Shown here piece by piece: positions 1 through 9,300 of a DNA stretch of 26,584 nt. This DNA comes from a virus (lineage: Duplodnaviria > Caudoviricetes), in the IMG/VR virus record IMGVR_UViG_3300048852_000118, positions 1-26,584 of that record; one strand, written 5' to 3'. The number at the start of each line of letters is the position of its first letter. Position 1 is the first letter of the stretch. Position numbers and translations under genes: made by a program. A model generated the notes under the pieces. It ran no database searches. It had not been told where the DNA came from and saw nothing but the letters and a program-made list of their open reading frames with translations.

Positions 1-31
1 TCAAGATATTCTTGGCCACCCTGGATTGTGC

Positions 32-60
32 TTGACAACCGCCCTCAAGTCAGCGAATTT
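32..60 (+). promoter_or_regulatory. Putative sigma70-type promoter for the late operon
   Basis: Perfect TTGACA at 32-37. A 17-nt spacer leads to a weak -10 (GAATTT, 55-60), overlapped by a small inverted repeat GTCAG-N7-CTGAC (49-65). Confidence 0.4.
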
Positions 61-92
61 CTGACGCATCGCTTCACTTTCGAAGAATTGTG

Positions 93-129
93 CCCGCCCG
101 ATCCAATCGCGGCGGGTTTTGTGTTTTTT
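93..129 (+). terminator. Rho-independent terminator/attenuator upstream of TerS
   Basis: Stem CCCGCC-CGAT/cca/ATCG-c-GGCGGG followed by TTTTGTGTTTTTT. Confidence 0.7.
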
Positions 130-163
130 CTCCCCCACATCCGATTGGCGGATCATCATGTCG

Positions 164-262
164 TGCGTCCTTCGAGGCTCGCTTCGCTCGCACCTCAGGA
201 TGAGGACGCTTGGCACCAAAACTCCTATCCTGAGGAGCCCGCAAAGGGGGCCTCGAGGGATC
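164..262. repeat. Pair of alphaproteobacterial REP-like palindromes (CCTCATCCTGAGG...CTCGAAGGA type), divergently oriented
   Basis: The reverse complement of 164-205 is cctcatcctgaggtgcgagcgaagcgagcctcgaaggacgca. 223-262 is a degenerate forward copy, tcctatcctgaggagcccgcaaagggggcctcgagggatc. Confidence 0.75.
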
Positions 263-281
263 CCCACTCATCCGGTGGCCG

Positions 282-572
282 ATGGCAAGGAAAAAGAGCG
301 CCGGGGCCGATCCCGGCGAACAGGCGCGCGCGGCGATCGACACGGTGAAGCTGGTCCAGCGGCTTCAGCTTTACGTGCTCGGCGAGAACGACGAGGCCGG
401 CAATCCGGTCGATCTCGATGCCGCCAAACTCAAGGTCATCGAGATGCTGCTCAAGAAAACCCTGCCCGATCTCGCCAGCATCTCGCTGGGCGGCGGGCCC
501 GAGAAGAGCTTTGCCCATGCCGTCGAAAAAATCGTCCGCGAAATCGTCGACCCCCACGATGCCGGCGAATAG
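282..572 (+). CDS. Terminase small subunit (putative), 96 aa
   Basis: Directly upstream of and overlapping TerL. Contains the KLVQRLQ...GE...LLKKTLPDL motif seen in short phage TerS proteins. Confidence 0.7.
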   Translation: MARKKSAGADPGEQARAAIDTVKLVQRLQLYVLGENDEAGNPVDLDAAKLKVIEMLLKKTLPDLASISLGGGPEKSFAHAVEKIVREIVDPHDAGE

Positions 573-1881
573 CGGCGAAGAGCGAGAGCAGCCGGCAGCG
601 CGCCCGACGCTGCGCATCGAGACGGCCAGGATCTTCCGGCCGCTTCTGCAGCCTGCCCGCTACAAGGGCGCCCATGGCGGGCGAGGATCGGGCAAGTCGC
701 ATTTCTTCGCCGGGCTGCTGATCGAGGACAGCCTGGCCGAGAAGGGGCTGCTCTCGCTCTGCATCCGCGAGGTGCAGAAGAGCCTGCAGCAATCGGCAAA
801 GCGCCTGATCGAGGCCAAGCTTGCCGACTTCCGTCTGGGCGAGGCGGACGGTTTCAAAGTATTCCGGGAAATGATCCAGACGCCCGGCGACGGGCTCATC
901 GCCTTCCACGGCATGCAAGACCACACGGCGGATTCGGTGAAATCCTTCGAGGGCTTCAAGCGCGCCTGGATCGAAGAGGCGCAAACGCTTTCGGCGCGCT
1001 CGCTCGGCCTGCTGCGCCCGACGATACGCGCCGAAGGCTCGGAGATCTGGGCAAGCTGGAATCCGCGGCGCAAGTCCGATCCGATCGACAGGATGCTGCG
1101 CGGCGCGGAGCAGCCGACCGGCGCCGTCGTGGTGCGGGCAAACTGGTCGGACAATCCATGGTTCCCGAGCGTACTGGAACAGGAGCGCAGGGATTGCCTG
1201 CGCGCTTCTCCCGACCAGTACGATCATGTCTGGGAAGGCGGCTATGCGAGCGTGCAACAGGGCGCCTATTACGCCGAGGCTTTGGCGCAGGCCCGGATCG
1301 AGGGGCGCATCGGCTTCGCGCCGCGCGACCCGCTTCTGCCGGTCAAAGCCTTCTGGGACATCGGCGTGCGCGACGCGACCGCCATCTGGATCGCCCAGTT
1401 CGTCGGCCGCGAGATCCGCGTGCTGGATTACTACGAAGCCTCCGGCCAGCCGCTGGCAGCGCATCTGGAATGGTTGCGCTCGAAGGGCTATGGCAATGCC
1501 GAATGCATCCTGCCGCATGACGGCAATCGTGGGGATGCGGTGACGGCGGTGCGTTTCGAGGATCACATCGCCGCCGCCGGGTTCAAGGTCGAAACCATTC
1601 CCAACCAGGGCAAGGGTGCGGCGCTGAAACGCGTCGAGGCGGCCAGGCGGCTTTTTCCTGCCGTCTTCTTCAACGAGGCGACATGCACGGCCGGGCTCGA
1701 TGCGCTCGGCTGGTATCACGAGAAACAGGACGAGGCGCGCAATATCGGGCTGGGGCCGGAGCACGACTGGTCGAGCCACGCGGCCGACGCCTTCGGGCTT
1801 CTCTGCGTCGCCTATGAGGCGCCGCGCGAGAAGCGGCCGAGGCCGGCATCCTACAACAGCGCCGGAGCATGGATGGGCTGA
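559..1881 (+). CDS. terL: Terminase large subunit, PBSX/P22-like, ~440 aa
   Basis: Walker A GGRGSGKS, Walker B RAWIEEA, SWNP coupling motif, RNase H-like nuclease motifs WDIG, LPHD and DWSSHAADA. Start reassigned to ATG 559. Confidence 0.93.
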   Translation: MPANSGEEREQPAARPTLRIETARIFRPLLQPARYKGAHGGRGSGKSHFFAGLLIEDSLAEKGLLSLCIREVQKSLQQSAKRLIEAKLADFRLGEADGFKVFREMIQTPGDGLIAFHGMQDHTADSVKSFEGFKRAWIEEAQTLSARSLGLLRPTIRAEGSEIWASWNPRRKSDPIDRMLRGAEQPTGAVVVRANWSDNPWFPSVLEQERRDCLRASPDQYDHVWEGGYASVQQGAYYAEALAQARIEGRIGFAPRDPLLPVKAFWDIGVRDATAIWIAQFVGREIRVLDYYEASGQPLAAHLEWLRSKGYGNAECILPHDGNRGDAVTAVRFEDHIAAAGFKVETIPNQGKGAALKRVEAARRLFPAVFFNEATCTAGLDALGWYHEKQDEARNIGLGPEHDWSSHAADAFGLLCVAYEAPREKRPRPASYNSAGAWMG

Positions 1882-4046
1882 TGATGACAGACAATGACGA
1901 TCTCGTCAGGCACGCGCGCGAGGCTTATGAGCGATGCAAGAGCGCGGAGCAGCACAATCGCCGGACGGCGCTGGAAGACGTGCTCTTCGCGCGCAAGGGC
2001 GAGCAATGGCCGGCCGACATCCGCGCCCAGCGCATCCGCGAAGGGCGGCCATGCCTGACCATCAACAAGCTGCCGGCCTTCATCCGCCAGGTGGTGAACG
2101 ACAGCCGCCAGAACAAGCCGGCGATCAAGGTGCATCCGGCCGACAGCCGGGCCGACCCCGGCACGGCGGAGGTGATCAACGGCATCATCCGCAACATCGA
2201 ATACACGTCCAACGCCGACGTCGCCTATGACACGGCGATCGAGAGCGCTGTGACCGGCGGCTTCGGCTATTGGCGGATCGTGACGCAATATTCCTTCGAC
2301 GACGCGTTCGACATGGATCTCGCGATCAAGCGGGTTTCCAACCCGTTCTCGGTCTATAGCGACCCGAGCAGCTCCGAGGCGGATTCATCCGATTGGGATG
2401 TTGCCTTTGTGGTGGACCGGCTGTCGGAAGGACAGTTCCGGCGGCAATATGGAAACAGCGCCCGGGTGAATTGGGACGACGACGCCTGGAACGGCCTCAT
2501 CGGCACGGACTGGCGCACGGATGCCCATGTGCTCGTCGCCGAATATTGGACGCGCGAGGAGATCGAGCGGTCGATCGTGCTTCTGCAGGACGGCACGGTG
2601 CTGGCGCGCGAAGCGCTGGAGAGCGATCCCGATCTGCAGGCGCTCGCCGCCGCGGGTGCGCTTCAGGTTCATGGCGAGCGCCTGGCGAAATCGCACAAGG
2701 TGCGCCAGCGCATCATGTCGGGCCTGGAGGTGCTGGAGGACAATGACTGGCTCGGCCGCTACATCCCGATCGTGCCCGTCTATGGCGACGAGTTCGATAT
2801 AGAGGGCCGGCGCTATTTCCGCTCGCTGATCCACAATGCGATCGACGCCCAGCGCATGTTCAACTACTGGCGCACCAATGCGACCGAGCTCGTGGCGATG
2901 GCGCCCAAAGTGCCTTTTATCGGGCGCAAGGGCGCGTTCGATCACGACCAGGAGCGGTGGCAGACAGCCAACACGCGCAGCCATGCCTATCTCGAATATG
3001 AAGGGCCGGAGATGCCGCAGCGCCAGCCGCTGGACATGGGCGCCGCGGCCGGCAGCCTGCAGGAGGCGCTCAATGCCAATGACGACATCAAGTCGATCAT
3101 CGGCATGCACGACGCCTCGCTCGGCGCCCGCTCCAACGAGGCGAGCGGGCGGGCGATCCTGGCGCGCCAGAGGGAAGGGGATGTCTCGACGTTCCATTTC
3201 ATCGACAACCTGGCGCGCGCCATCCGCCATACCGGCCGCATCCTGATCGACCTGATCCCGCATATCTACAACGGCCCGAGGATCGTGCGCATCCTCGGCG
3301 AGAACGGGAAGGTGGAGAACCGGCCGGTGAACCAGCAATATCCGCAGGTGAACCCACAGACCGGCCAGCCGATGCAGGATCTCGCGGGCAACCCGGTGCT
3401 CGCGATCCATGATCTCAATGCCGGCAAGTACGACCTGACGGTGACGACCGGCCCGAGCTACACGACGCGGCGCGAGGAAGCGGCGGTCGCCATGACCGAG
3501 CTGATCCGTGCCTTTCCGCCGGCGGCACCCATCGTTGGGCCGGAACTTGCGAAGAACCTGGACTGGCCGGGCGCCGACAGGATCGCCGACAAGATGGAGG
3601 CGCAGGCATCGGGGCAATTGCCGCCGCAAGTGCAGCAGCAGATCGAGGCCGGCAAGCAGCGCCTCGCCCAGCTCGAGCAGGAGAACGCGCAGCTCAAGGC
3701 GGACCAGAGCCAGGGCCAGGCCTTCATCCAGTCGCAGGAGCGGATGAAGATCATGGAGATCCAGAGCGACGAGCGCGTCGCGGCGCTTAAGGCGGAGGCC
3801 GACCAGCGGATTGCCATGATGAAGGCGGAAGCGGATGCGCGGGTGGCGGCATATAAGGCGGAGTTGGCCGCGGAGAAGAAGGCGGGGCAGGTGGCGGCAA
3901 CGATTGGGCAAGACGTCAGCATTGGATCGTCAGGCGTTCGCCCGCCATGGAACGGACTGGATCTACAGTTCAACTTGCCCTTCGGGCTCAGGCACGTAGA
4001 AGACGAAATGGCGCCGATGCCACCAATCGCGAGCGCGGGCGATTGA
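1881..4046 (+). CDS. Portal protein, P22 gp1-like, ~721 aa
   Basis: Motifs GEQWP, RPCLTINK, GGFGYWRI, IPIVPVYG, DAQRMFNYW, SGRAILARQREG and GKYDLTVTTGPSYTTRREEA, plus a C-terminal coiled coil. TGATG coupling to terL. Confidence 0.92.
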   Translation: MMTDNDDLVRHAREAYERCKSAEQHNRRTALEDVLFARKGEQWPADIRAQRIREGRPCLTINKLPAFIRQVVNDSRQNKPAIKVHPADSRADPGTAEVINGIIRNIEYTSNADVAYDTAIESAVTGGFGYWRIVTQYSFDDAFDMDLAIKRVSNPFSVYSDPSSSEADSSDWDVAFVVDRLSEGQFRRQYGNSARVNWDDDAWNGLIGTDWRTDAHVLVAEYWTREEIERSIVLLQDGTVLAREALESDPDLQALAAAGALQVHGERLAKSHKVRQRIMSGLEVLEDNDWLGRYIPIVPVYGDEFDIEGRRYFRSLIHNAIDAQRMFNYWRTNATELVAMAPKVPFIGRKGAFDHDQERWQTANTRSHAYLEYEGPEMPQRQPLDMGAAAGSLQEALNANDDIKSIIGMHDASLGARSNEASGRAILARQREGDVSTFHFIDNLARAIRHTGRILIDLIPHIYNGPRIVRILGENGKVENRPVNQQYPQVNPQTGQPMQDLAGNPVLAIHDLNAGKYDLTVTTGPSYTTRREEAAVAMTELIRAFPPAAPIVGPELAKNLDWPGADRIADKMEAQASGQLPPQVQQQIEAGKQRLAQLEQENAQLKADQSQGQAFIQSQERMKIMEIQSDERVAALKAEADQRIAMMKAEADARVAAYKAELAAEKKAGQVAATIGQDVSIGSSGVRPPWNGLDLQFNLPFGLRHVEDEMAPMPPIASAGD

Positions 4047-4065
4047 CCTTGCCTCCTGATGCGAT

Positions 4066-4524
4066 CGTCATCACCAGACCGGAGCGAAACAAGCTGGTCC
4101 GGGGACCTATCCCGTGAGGTTCTCGCTGCCCTGCCGCTGACGACAGTTCTGCAGCCTCGGTGGCCTTCCGACAGAACACGGAATGGATACTCGGATCACC
4201 TCGCTGCGCTCGGGTCCGAGTATGACGAAGCTTCTACGTCGCAGCCAATCGTAGCCCCTGGCGATTCGTGGGCCAACTTCGCGCCGGTCGTCATCACGGA
4301 TCGCGGTGAGGTGACGCGGACTTGCCGTGGACTTGGATTCATTTTGTCCGGATGCAGTGTCGCCGACAATTGCGGTTCGGCGCCCGGCGAACGGAGCGAG
4401 TTCCCGGCCCACGTCCTTGGACTCTATGCCGTAACCAATCGCAAAAACGTCGGCGATTGCCGTGCACCTTAATGCCGGTCGTCATACTCGGACCCGAGCG
4501 AAGCGAGGTGATCCGAGTATGCAT
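4066..4524. repeat. Cluster of CGTC-family REP palindromes
   Basis: 4183-4227 and 4480-4524 are 45-bp inverted copies (43/45 identical) of cgtcatactcggacccgagcgaagcgaggtgatccgagtat. More degenerate CGTCAT-initiated copies at 4066-4110 and 4289; weaker remnants near 4650 and 4770. Confidence 0.75.
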
Positions 4525-5202
4525 ATGTGGACGGCGCCCTGCCTGCAACGGCATCGAGAGGCGTTTGTGATCGCTTTCGTCCATATGTCCGGCCTTTGAG
4601 CGCGGTCGTTGTGGCCGCTGGCCAAGGTGGGGTTCGCGACGTCCGTTCGCATCATTCCGGCGGTTCCCGGTGGCCAATAGGATCCTGCGGAGTTTCGTGC
4701 GTCACGGATCGATCACGCCATCTTCCGTTGCAAGAGCCTGTGTTGCGATGGTCCTCAGTTGCGGCCTATCCGGGCATGACCGTGCCGTGCCGAGCCGCGG
4801 TCAAGGCTGACCCCAGGCCACCGCCAACGGCAGCGCGCAGCGGCCTTGACGGCGACGATGCCGGCACGAGACTGCCGGTGTGGCCGCAACGATACGGCTG
4901 GCCCGCTCCCCTTGTTTGAGACCTTAACGACCTCATTCTGGCACACAGCGATGCCGTCGGGGGCGCCGTCCACCCCATCATTCCGTGACGCTTCCGCATC
5001 GAAATGGTGACGAAGAACGACCTTGGGCCGCAGGGCGAGAGGTTCGTTTGGGCCGTCCGGCTGCCCGACGGCAAGGCGAGCCAAGTCACAGCCTGCGCCA
5101 TGAGAATGCAAAGACGGAAAAAAACAGGCCGTTCATCAGACGAGTTTCCTCAAGGGGACAAGTCTCACGCAATAAACATGCAGCGGGAGTTGAATTTGCA
5201 AG

Positions 5203-6807
5203 ATGGCTGATTGGGGCAGAGATTTCATCGAAAAAGAGACACGTCGGCGGTTTCACGGCATGCTCCGGGAATCCAACCGGCGGGACTCCAACTGGCGAGG
5301 TTCCGGGCCGCGGGATTTCGAGGATTATTATTCCGAATTATATGAAGCCGCGGAGCGTCGCGCGCGGCAGGAGGCGGCGTTTCGAACCAACTACGATGGC
5401 CCGATCTTGACGCAGGGACACTCGACCACACCGCTCGGCGATAAAGTGACGAGCCGCCTTGAATGGCTCGATGCCCCGAGCAGGATGGCGTACGAGTTGG
5501 GGCAGTGGGCCGAGACATTGGCCGAGCTTACGCCCTACAGCGCCATAAAACAGCTTGGCCAGGACGATATCGGCGGAGCTCTGGAAAACCTCGCCGGCGG
5601 GCCGGTCGCTGCGGGAGCTAAACGTGCGGCCAAGCACGCGACTGAAGAAGCGGCGGATGCCGCGGCCGAAATCGTGAATGGGCCTCTTGCCAAGAATACA
5701 GCCACGAGTGCGGCACGGCAGGCGCTACCGGAAACAATGACGCCCGGCATAGGGGACAGGACAGGCTTTTTGCCCGCGCAGCCGAGGCAAGGTTTCGCCT
5801 TGGTGTCGCCCGACCACGAACTGGCGGGGCTATTCCGCGAGGGTGTTCAGCCGGATATGTTACAAACACCGATCCTGCGATACGATCCTCCCCGGGGCGT
5901 GTCGCCGCGCGTTGCCGATCTCGTCGTCAATCCCAATGTTCGCCAGAAGGTCATTGAGACGATCGATCGGGGTATCCGCATGGGCGGCTTGGACTGGTAT
6001 AACGCCGAGCCGCTCAGATTGGCCTTCATCGACGAACTGGGCGTGATCGAGGGCAACAGGCGGTTCAACCATTTCATTGACCTTGTCGCCGCCACGTCTG
6101 CACGTTCCAGAGTGCCGGAAAACGTCCGTAACGCTTCGTATTACTACACGTTGAGCGATGATCAGCGGCTGCCGGAGACGAACCCCTATCCCTACGGTCA
6201 CCGGGCTCAGAAGATGCATCGGGGAAATGTCGAGCGGGTATGGAGCGGAGGTCTCAATCCAATCACCCATTCAAAATCAGTAAGCATGGGCGCCAACGCG
6301 AAAGGCAACTATCTGCCGGTGACCATCGACATGCACGCCTACCGACTCCTGGCGATGCTATCGGGCGATCCGCGCTTTCTCGCCACGTTCGTACCGATGA
6401 AGTTAGGTGCTCCGCGCAACATCAGGAAGGAGTTTGGAGCCGGGCTGATCGGACCAGATGAACTGGGAGAGCCCAAGTTCTGGTTACCGCAACCTGGGAG
6501 GAATGAATATGCCGCGTTGGAGCGCTATTTTCAGGAAATCGCTCGCGAGTTGGGTCTGACGCCCGCCCAGGCGCAGTCAGCGGCGTGGGTGGCCGGCGCC
6601 GAACTGACTGGCCTGCGCTCCGACCCCACGAAGAAATTCATGGATTTTTTCAAGGATCGACTGCTCTACACGGCGAGAAAGATGAATATGGACCCACGCG
6701 ACGTCTTGAAGCGCACCATCCGTGGCCAACTTTCACTACTTACCTTGGGTGGTGTGGCTTTGGCTCCGCAGCTCCGCTCCCCCGAAGAAGAAGAAGGGCG
6801 TCGCTAA
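5203..6807 (+). CDS. Cargo protein 1 (534 aa): N-terminal region, pre-toxin-like linker, HhH-GPD/Ogg-like DNA glycosylase-fold domain, hydrophobic tail
   Basis: Long ORF preceded by GGGAG. Motifs DWY, AATS..S.V..N, K..S...N..GN..PVTIDMHAYR and YAALE..F.EIARELG.TPAQAQSAAW. The function is inferred. Confidence 0.6.
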   Translation: MADWGRDFIEKETRRRFHGMLRESNRRDSNWRGSGPRDFEDYYSELYEAAERRARQEAAFRTNYDGPILTQGHSTTPLGDKVTSRLEWLDAPSRMAYELGQWAETLAELTPYSAIKQLGQDDIGGALENLAGGPVAAGAKRAAKHATEEAADAAAEIVNGPLAKNTATSAARQALPETMTPGIGDRTGFLPAQPRQGFALVSPDHELAGLFREGVQPDMLQTPILRYDPPRGVSPRVADLVVNPNVRQKVIETIDRGIRMGGLDWYNAEPLRLAFIDELGVIEGNRRFNHFIDLVAATSARSRVPENVRNASYYYTLSDDQRLPETNPYPYGHRAQKMHRGNVERVWSGGLNPITHSKSVSMGANAKGNYLPVTIDMHAYRLLAMLSGDPRFLATFVPMKLGAPRNIRKEFGAGLIGPDELGEPKFWLPQPGRNEYAALERYFQEIARELGLTPAQAQSAAWVAGAELTGLRSDPTKKFMDFFKDRLLYTARKMNMDPRDVLKRTIRGQLSLLTLGGVALAPQLRSPEEEEGRR

Positions 6808-6976
6808 CCTTCCGACGGGCGCCAACTCAGGGCCCCTGCTGCGGCAATCATCCATCACCTGCACAGCCTCGGCTGATCGAACCAAACGGTGACGGCTCCC
6901 GCGCTGAACTTCCAGGCGCTTGAAGCCGCCTTCAGACCCCCAAAACCTCACCAACCGAAACGGAGTGATGATCGTC

Positions 6977-7813
6977 ATGACCGACGAGCAAGATCCTATT
7001 GCCGACGAACTGGAGACCCCAGCAATCGAGGAGCCGGTCGATCCCGGCGTGGAATATGCAGGGGAAGAACAGGGGCAGCCTGCCGAAGCATTCGAGGTCA
7101 TCGAATTCGACGGCCAGCAATACCAGATCCCTGCCGCCCTCAAGGGCGGTTTTCTCATGCAGGCCGACTATACGCGCAAGACGCAGGAACTTGCCGAGCA
7201 ACGCCGGGGACTGGAGGATGTGGCGAGCCATGTCCGACAGCAGGCCCAGGCGAGCGAGGAGGAGATCACGTCGCGCGCGGCGCTTGTCGCGCTCGACACG
7301 GCGCTCGAGCAATACGCCCAGCTCGATTGGAACCAGCTCGTCGCCAACGATCCGGCCGGCGCCCAACAGCACTGGATGCGCTACCAGACCTTGAAGGAAG
7401 AGCGCGGCCAGCTCGCGGAGGATCTTCACCACCGGCAGGGTTGGCGGACCCAGATGGCGCAGCAGGAAACTGCCAGGCGCTTCGAGGAAACCCAAGACTT
7501 TGCCCGCAAGCACATCAAGGGATGGTCGCCGGAGCTCGATCTCCAGATCGTCGAATTCGCGCGGTCGAAGGGAGCGACAGACCAGAACCTCAGGGATGCC
7601 ATGTCTCCCCTGGTCTACAACCTCCTCCATCTCGCCCGCATCGGCGAACAGGCCCTCAACAAAACCGCCGCTCCCAAGGCTTCGACAGGACGCACCGCCC
7701 GGCCGCTTTCCATGGTCGGCGGCCGTTCCAGTCCCTCCGCCGGCAAGTCGCTCGCCGACATGTCGATGGAGGAATACGCGGAGTATCGCAGCAGGTCGGC
7801 CCGGGGACGGTAA
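6977..7813 (+). CDS. Capsid scaffolding protein, ~278 aa
   Basis: Acidic N-terminus, LMQADYTRKTQELAEQRR motif, DWNQL..NDP, C-terminal DMSMEEYAEYR. Immediately upstream of the coat gene. Confidence 0.85.
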   Translation: MTDEQDPIADELETPAIEEPVDPGVEYAGEEQGQPAEAFEVIEFDGQQYQIPAALKGGFLMQADYTRKTQELAEQRRGLEDVASHVRQQAQASEEEITSRAALVALDTALEQYAQLDWNQLVANDPAGAQQHWMRYQTLKEERGQLAEDLHHRQGWRTQMAQQETARRFEETQDFARKHIKGWSPELDLQIVEFARSKGATDQNLRDAMSPLVYNLLHLARIGEQALNKTAAPKASTGRTARPLSMVGGRSSPSAGKSLADMSMEEYAEYRSRSARGR

Positions 7814-7864
7814 ACCCAGACACATAGGGAAAGGCGCTGCCTTTCCGCTGAAAGGATCTCTTGA

Positions 7865-9109
7865 ATGGCAAATACCACTTTGACAGCGGACATCGTCGCC
7901 AAGGAGGCGGTGATGGTCCTCGACAACAACCTGGTCATGGCCAAGAACGTGTTTCGCGGCTATGAGGAAGACTTCGCCAAGCGCATCAACGGCTACAAGG
8001 TCGGCGATGCGATCTCGATCCGCAAGCCGGCCGACTTCACCGTGCGCGACGGCCCGGTGATGTCCACCCAGGACGTGATCGAGGGCAAGACCCAGATCGT
8101 CGTCAACAAGCTCAAGGGCGTGGATTTCCAGTTCACGTCGCAGGACCTGACGCTCCGCATCGAGGACCTCTCCGAGCGTGTGATCAAGCCGGCGCTGATA
8201 CAGCTCGCCAACCAGATCGATCGGGACCTGATGGCGCTCTACGCATCGGTGCCGTCCTGGGTCGGCACGCCGGGCGCGACGGTGAAGAACTACAAGGACT
8301 TCGCGCTTGCCCCGGAGCGGCTCGACGAGGGCGCGGTGCCCACTGACGAGCGCTGCGCGATCCTCTCGCCCGCCGACCATTGGGGCCTGCTCGGCTCGCA
8401 AACTGCCCTCTACATTCAGGACGCGGCGAAGGGCGCCTACCGCAACGGCTCGCTCGGCACGATCGGCGGCCTCGACACCTATATGTCGCAGAACGTGCCG
8501 ACGCACACGGTAGGGGTGGCGACCGGCACGCCGCTGGTCAACGGCGCCAACCAGAAGTCGGCCTATGCCGCGGTGAAGGACAGCAACCAGCAGGCGCTCG
8601 TCACCGATGGCTGGACGCCATCCCAGGGCGGCATCCTGAAGGCCGGCGACGTGTTCACCATCGCGGGCGTCTTTGCCGTCAACCCGGTGACCAAGGCCAG
8701 GCTGCCCTTCCTGCGCCAGTTCGTCGTCGTGTCGGATGCCGATTCCGACGGCGCCGGCAATGCGTCGCTGACCATCAGCCCGGCCATCATCGACAGCGGC
8801 GCCTTCCAGACCGTCAGCGCGGCGCCCGCCGACAATGCGGCGATCACCGTGGCGGGCGCGGGTGGCGGCACCTTTCGCCAGAACCTTGCCTTCCACAAGA
8901 ACGCCTTCTCGCTGGTGATGGTGGACCTCGAAAGCCCTCCCGGCGCCGTCGAGGTCGCGCGCCGTGCCTATAACGGCACGCGCGTGCGGGTCATCCCCGT
9001 CTATGACGGGGTGAACGACGTGTCGAAATGGCGTCTCGACGTGCTCTACGGCGTCAAGGCTGTCGATCCACGGCTTGCCACCCGCATGAGCGGCGGGGCG
9101 CCCGCTTGA
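7865..9109 (+). CDS. Major capsid protein, P22 gp5-like, 414 aa
   Basis: MANTTLT..IVAKEA..VL.NNLV, KVGDAISIRKP, LKAGDVFTIAGV.AVNP.TK, QNLAFHKNAF, WRLDVLYG. Confidence 0.93.
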   Translation: MANTTLTADIVAKEAVMVLDNNLVMAKNVFRGYEEDFAKRINGYKVGDAISIRKPADFTVRDGPVMSTQDVIEGKTQIVVNKLKGVDFQFTSQDLTLRIEDLSERVIKPALIQLANQIDRDLMALYASVPSWVGTPGATVKNYKDFALAPERLDEGAVPTDERCAILSPADHWGLLGSQTALYIQDAAKGAYRNGSLGTIGGLDTYMSQNVPTHTVGVATGTPLVNGANQKSAYAAVKDSNQQALVTDGWTPSQGGILKAGDVFTIAGVFAVNPVTKARLPFLRQFVVVSDADSDGAGNASLTISPAIIDSGAFQTVSAAPADNAAITVAGAGGGTFRQNLAFHKNAFSLVMVDLESPPGAVEVARRAYNGTRVRVIPVYDGVNDVSKWRLDVLYGVKAVDPRLATRMSGGAPA

Positions 9110-9123
9110 CCGCCGAGCGCAAC

Positions 9124-9148
9124 AGGGGGCGGCCTTCGGGCCGCCCCT
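9124..9148 (+). terminator. Strong GC hairpin after the coat gene (cUUCGg tetraloop), no U tract
   Basis: AGGGGGCGGCC-TTCG-GGCCGCCCCT. Could be a weak terminator or an mRNA-stabilising stem. Confidence 0.55.
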
Positions 9149-9159
9149 CCCGTAAGGAA

Positions 9160-9300
9160 ACGGCGAACACGGCCGCTAAGGCCGAATGCGCGACCTGGAT
9201 GTATTCGGCGGAAGGCGCGCGCCTGTTCGTGGCCGGCGAGACCATTCCGAACGGATACGTGGATACCCCAGCCAAGGTGATACCCGATGGCGCTGAATAA
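9160..9300 (+). CDS. Small phage protein following the coat gene (start uncertain: ACG 9160 or ATG 9199)
   Basis: TWMYSAEGARLF..GETIP.GYVDTPAK resembles small post-capsid ORFs. AAGGA lies just upstream, and the ORF overlaps the next start. Confidence 0.45.
   Translation, partial: TANTAAKAECATWMYSAEGARLFVAGETIPNGYVDTPAKVIPDGAE

Noticed and set aside
4066-4524. Possible CRISPR array or IS/MITE terminal inverted repeats
   Set aside because: The repeats are inverted, irregularly spaced and internally palindromic. There is no cas or transposase gene and no evident target-site duplication.
4059-5210. Several 70-140 aa ORFs between the portal and cargo 1
   Set aside because: They run through REP palindromes, lack RBSs and have non-protein-like composition. 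The repeated peptide VILGPERSEVIRV is simply the translated REP.
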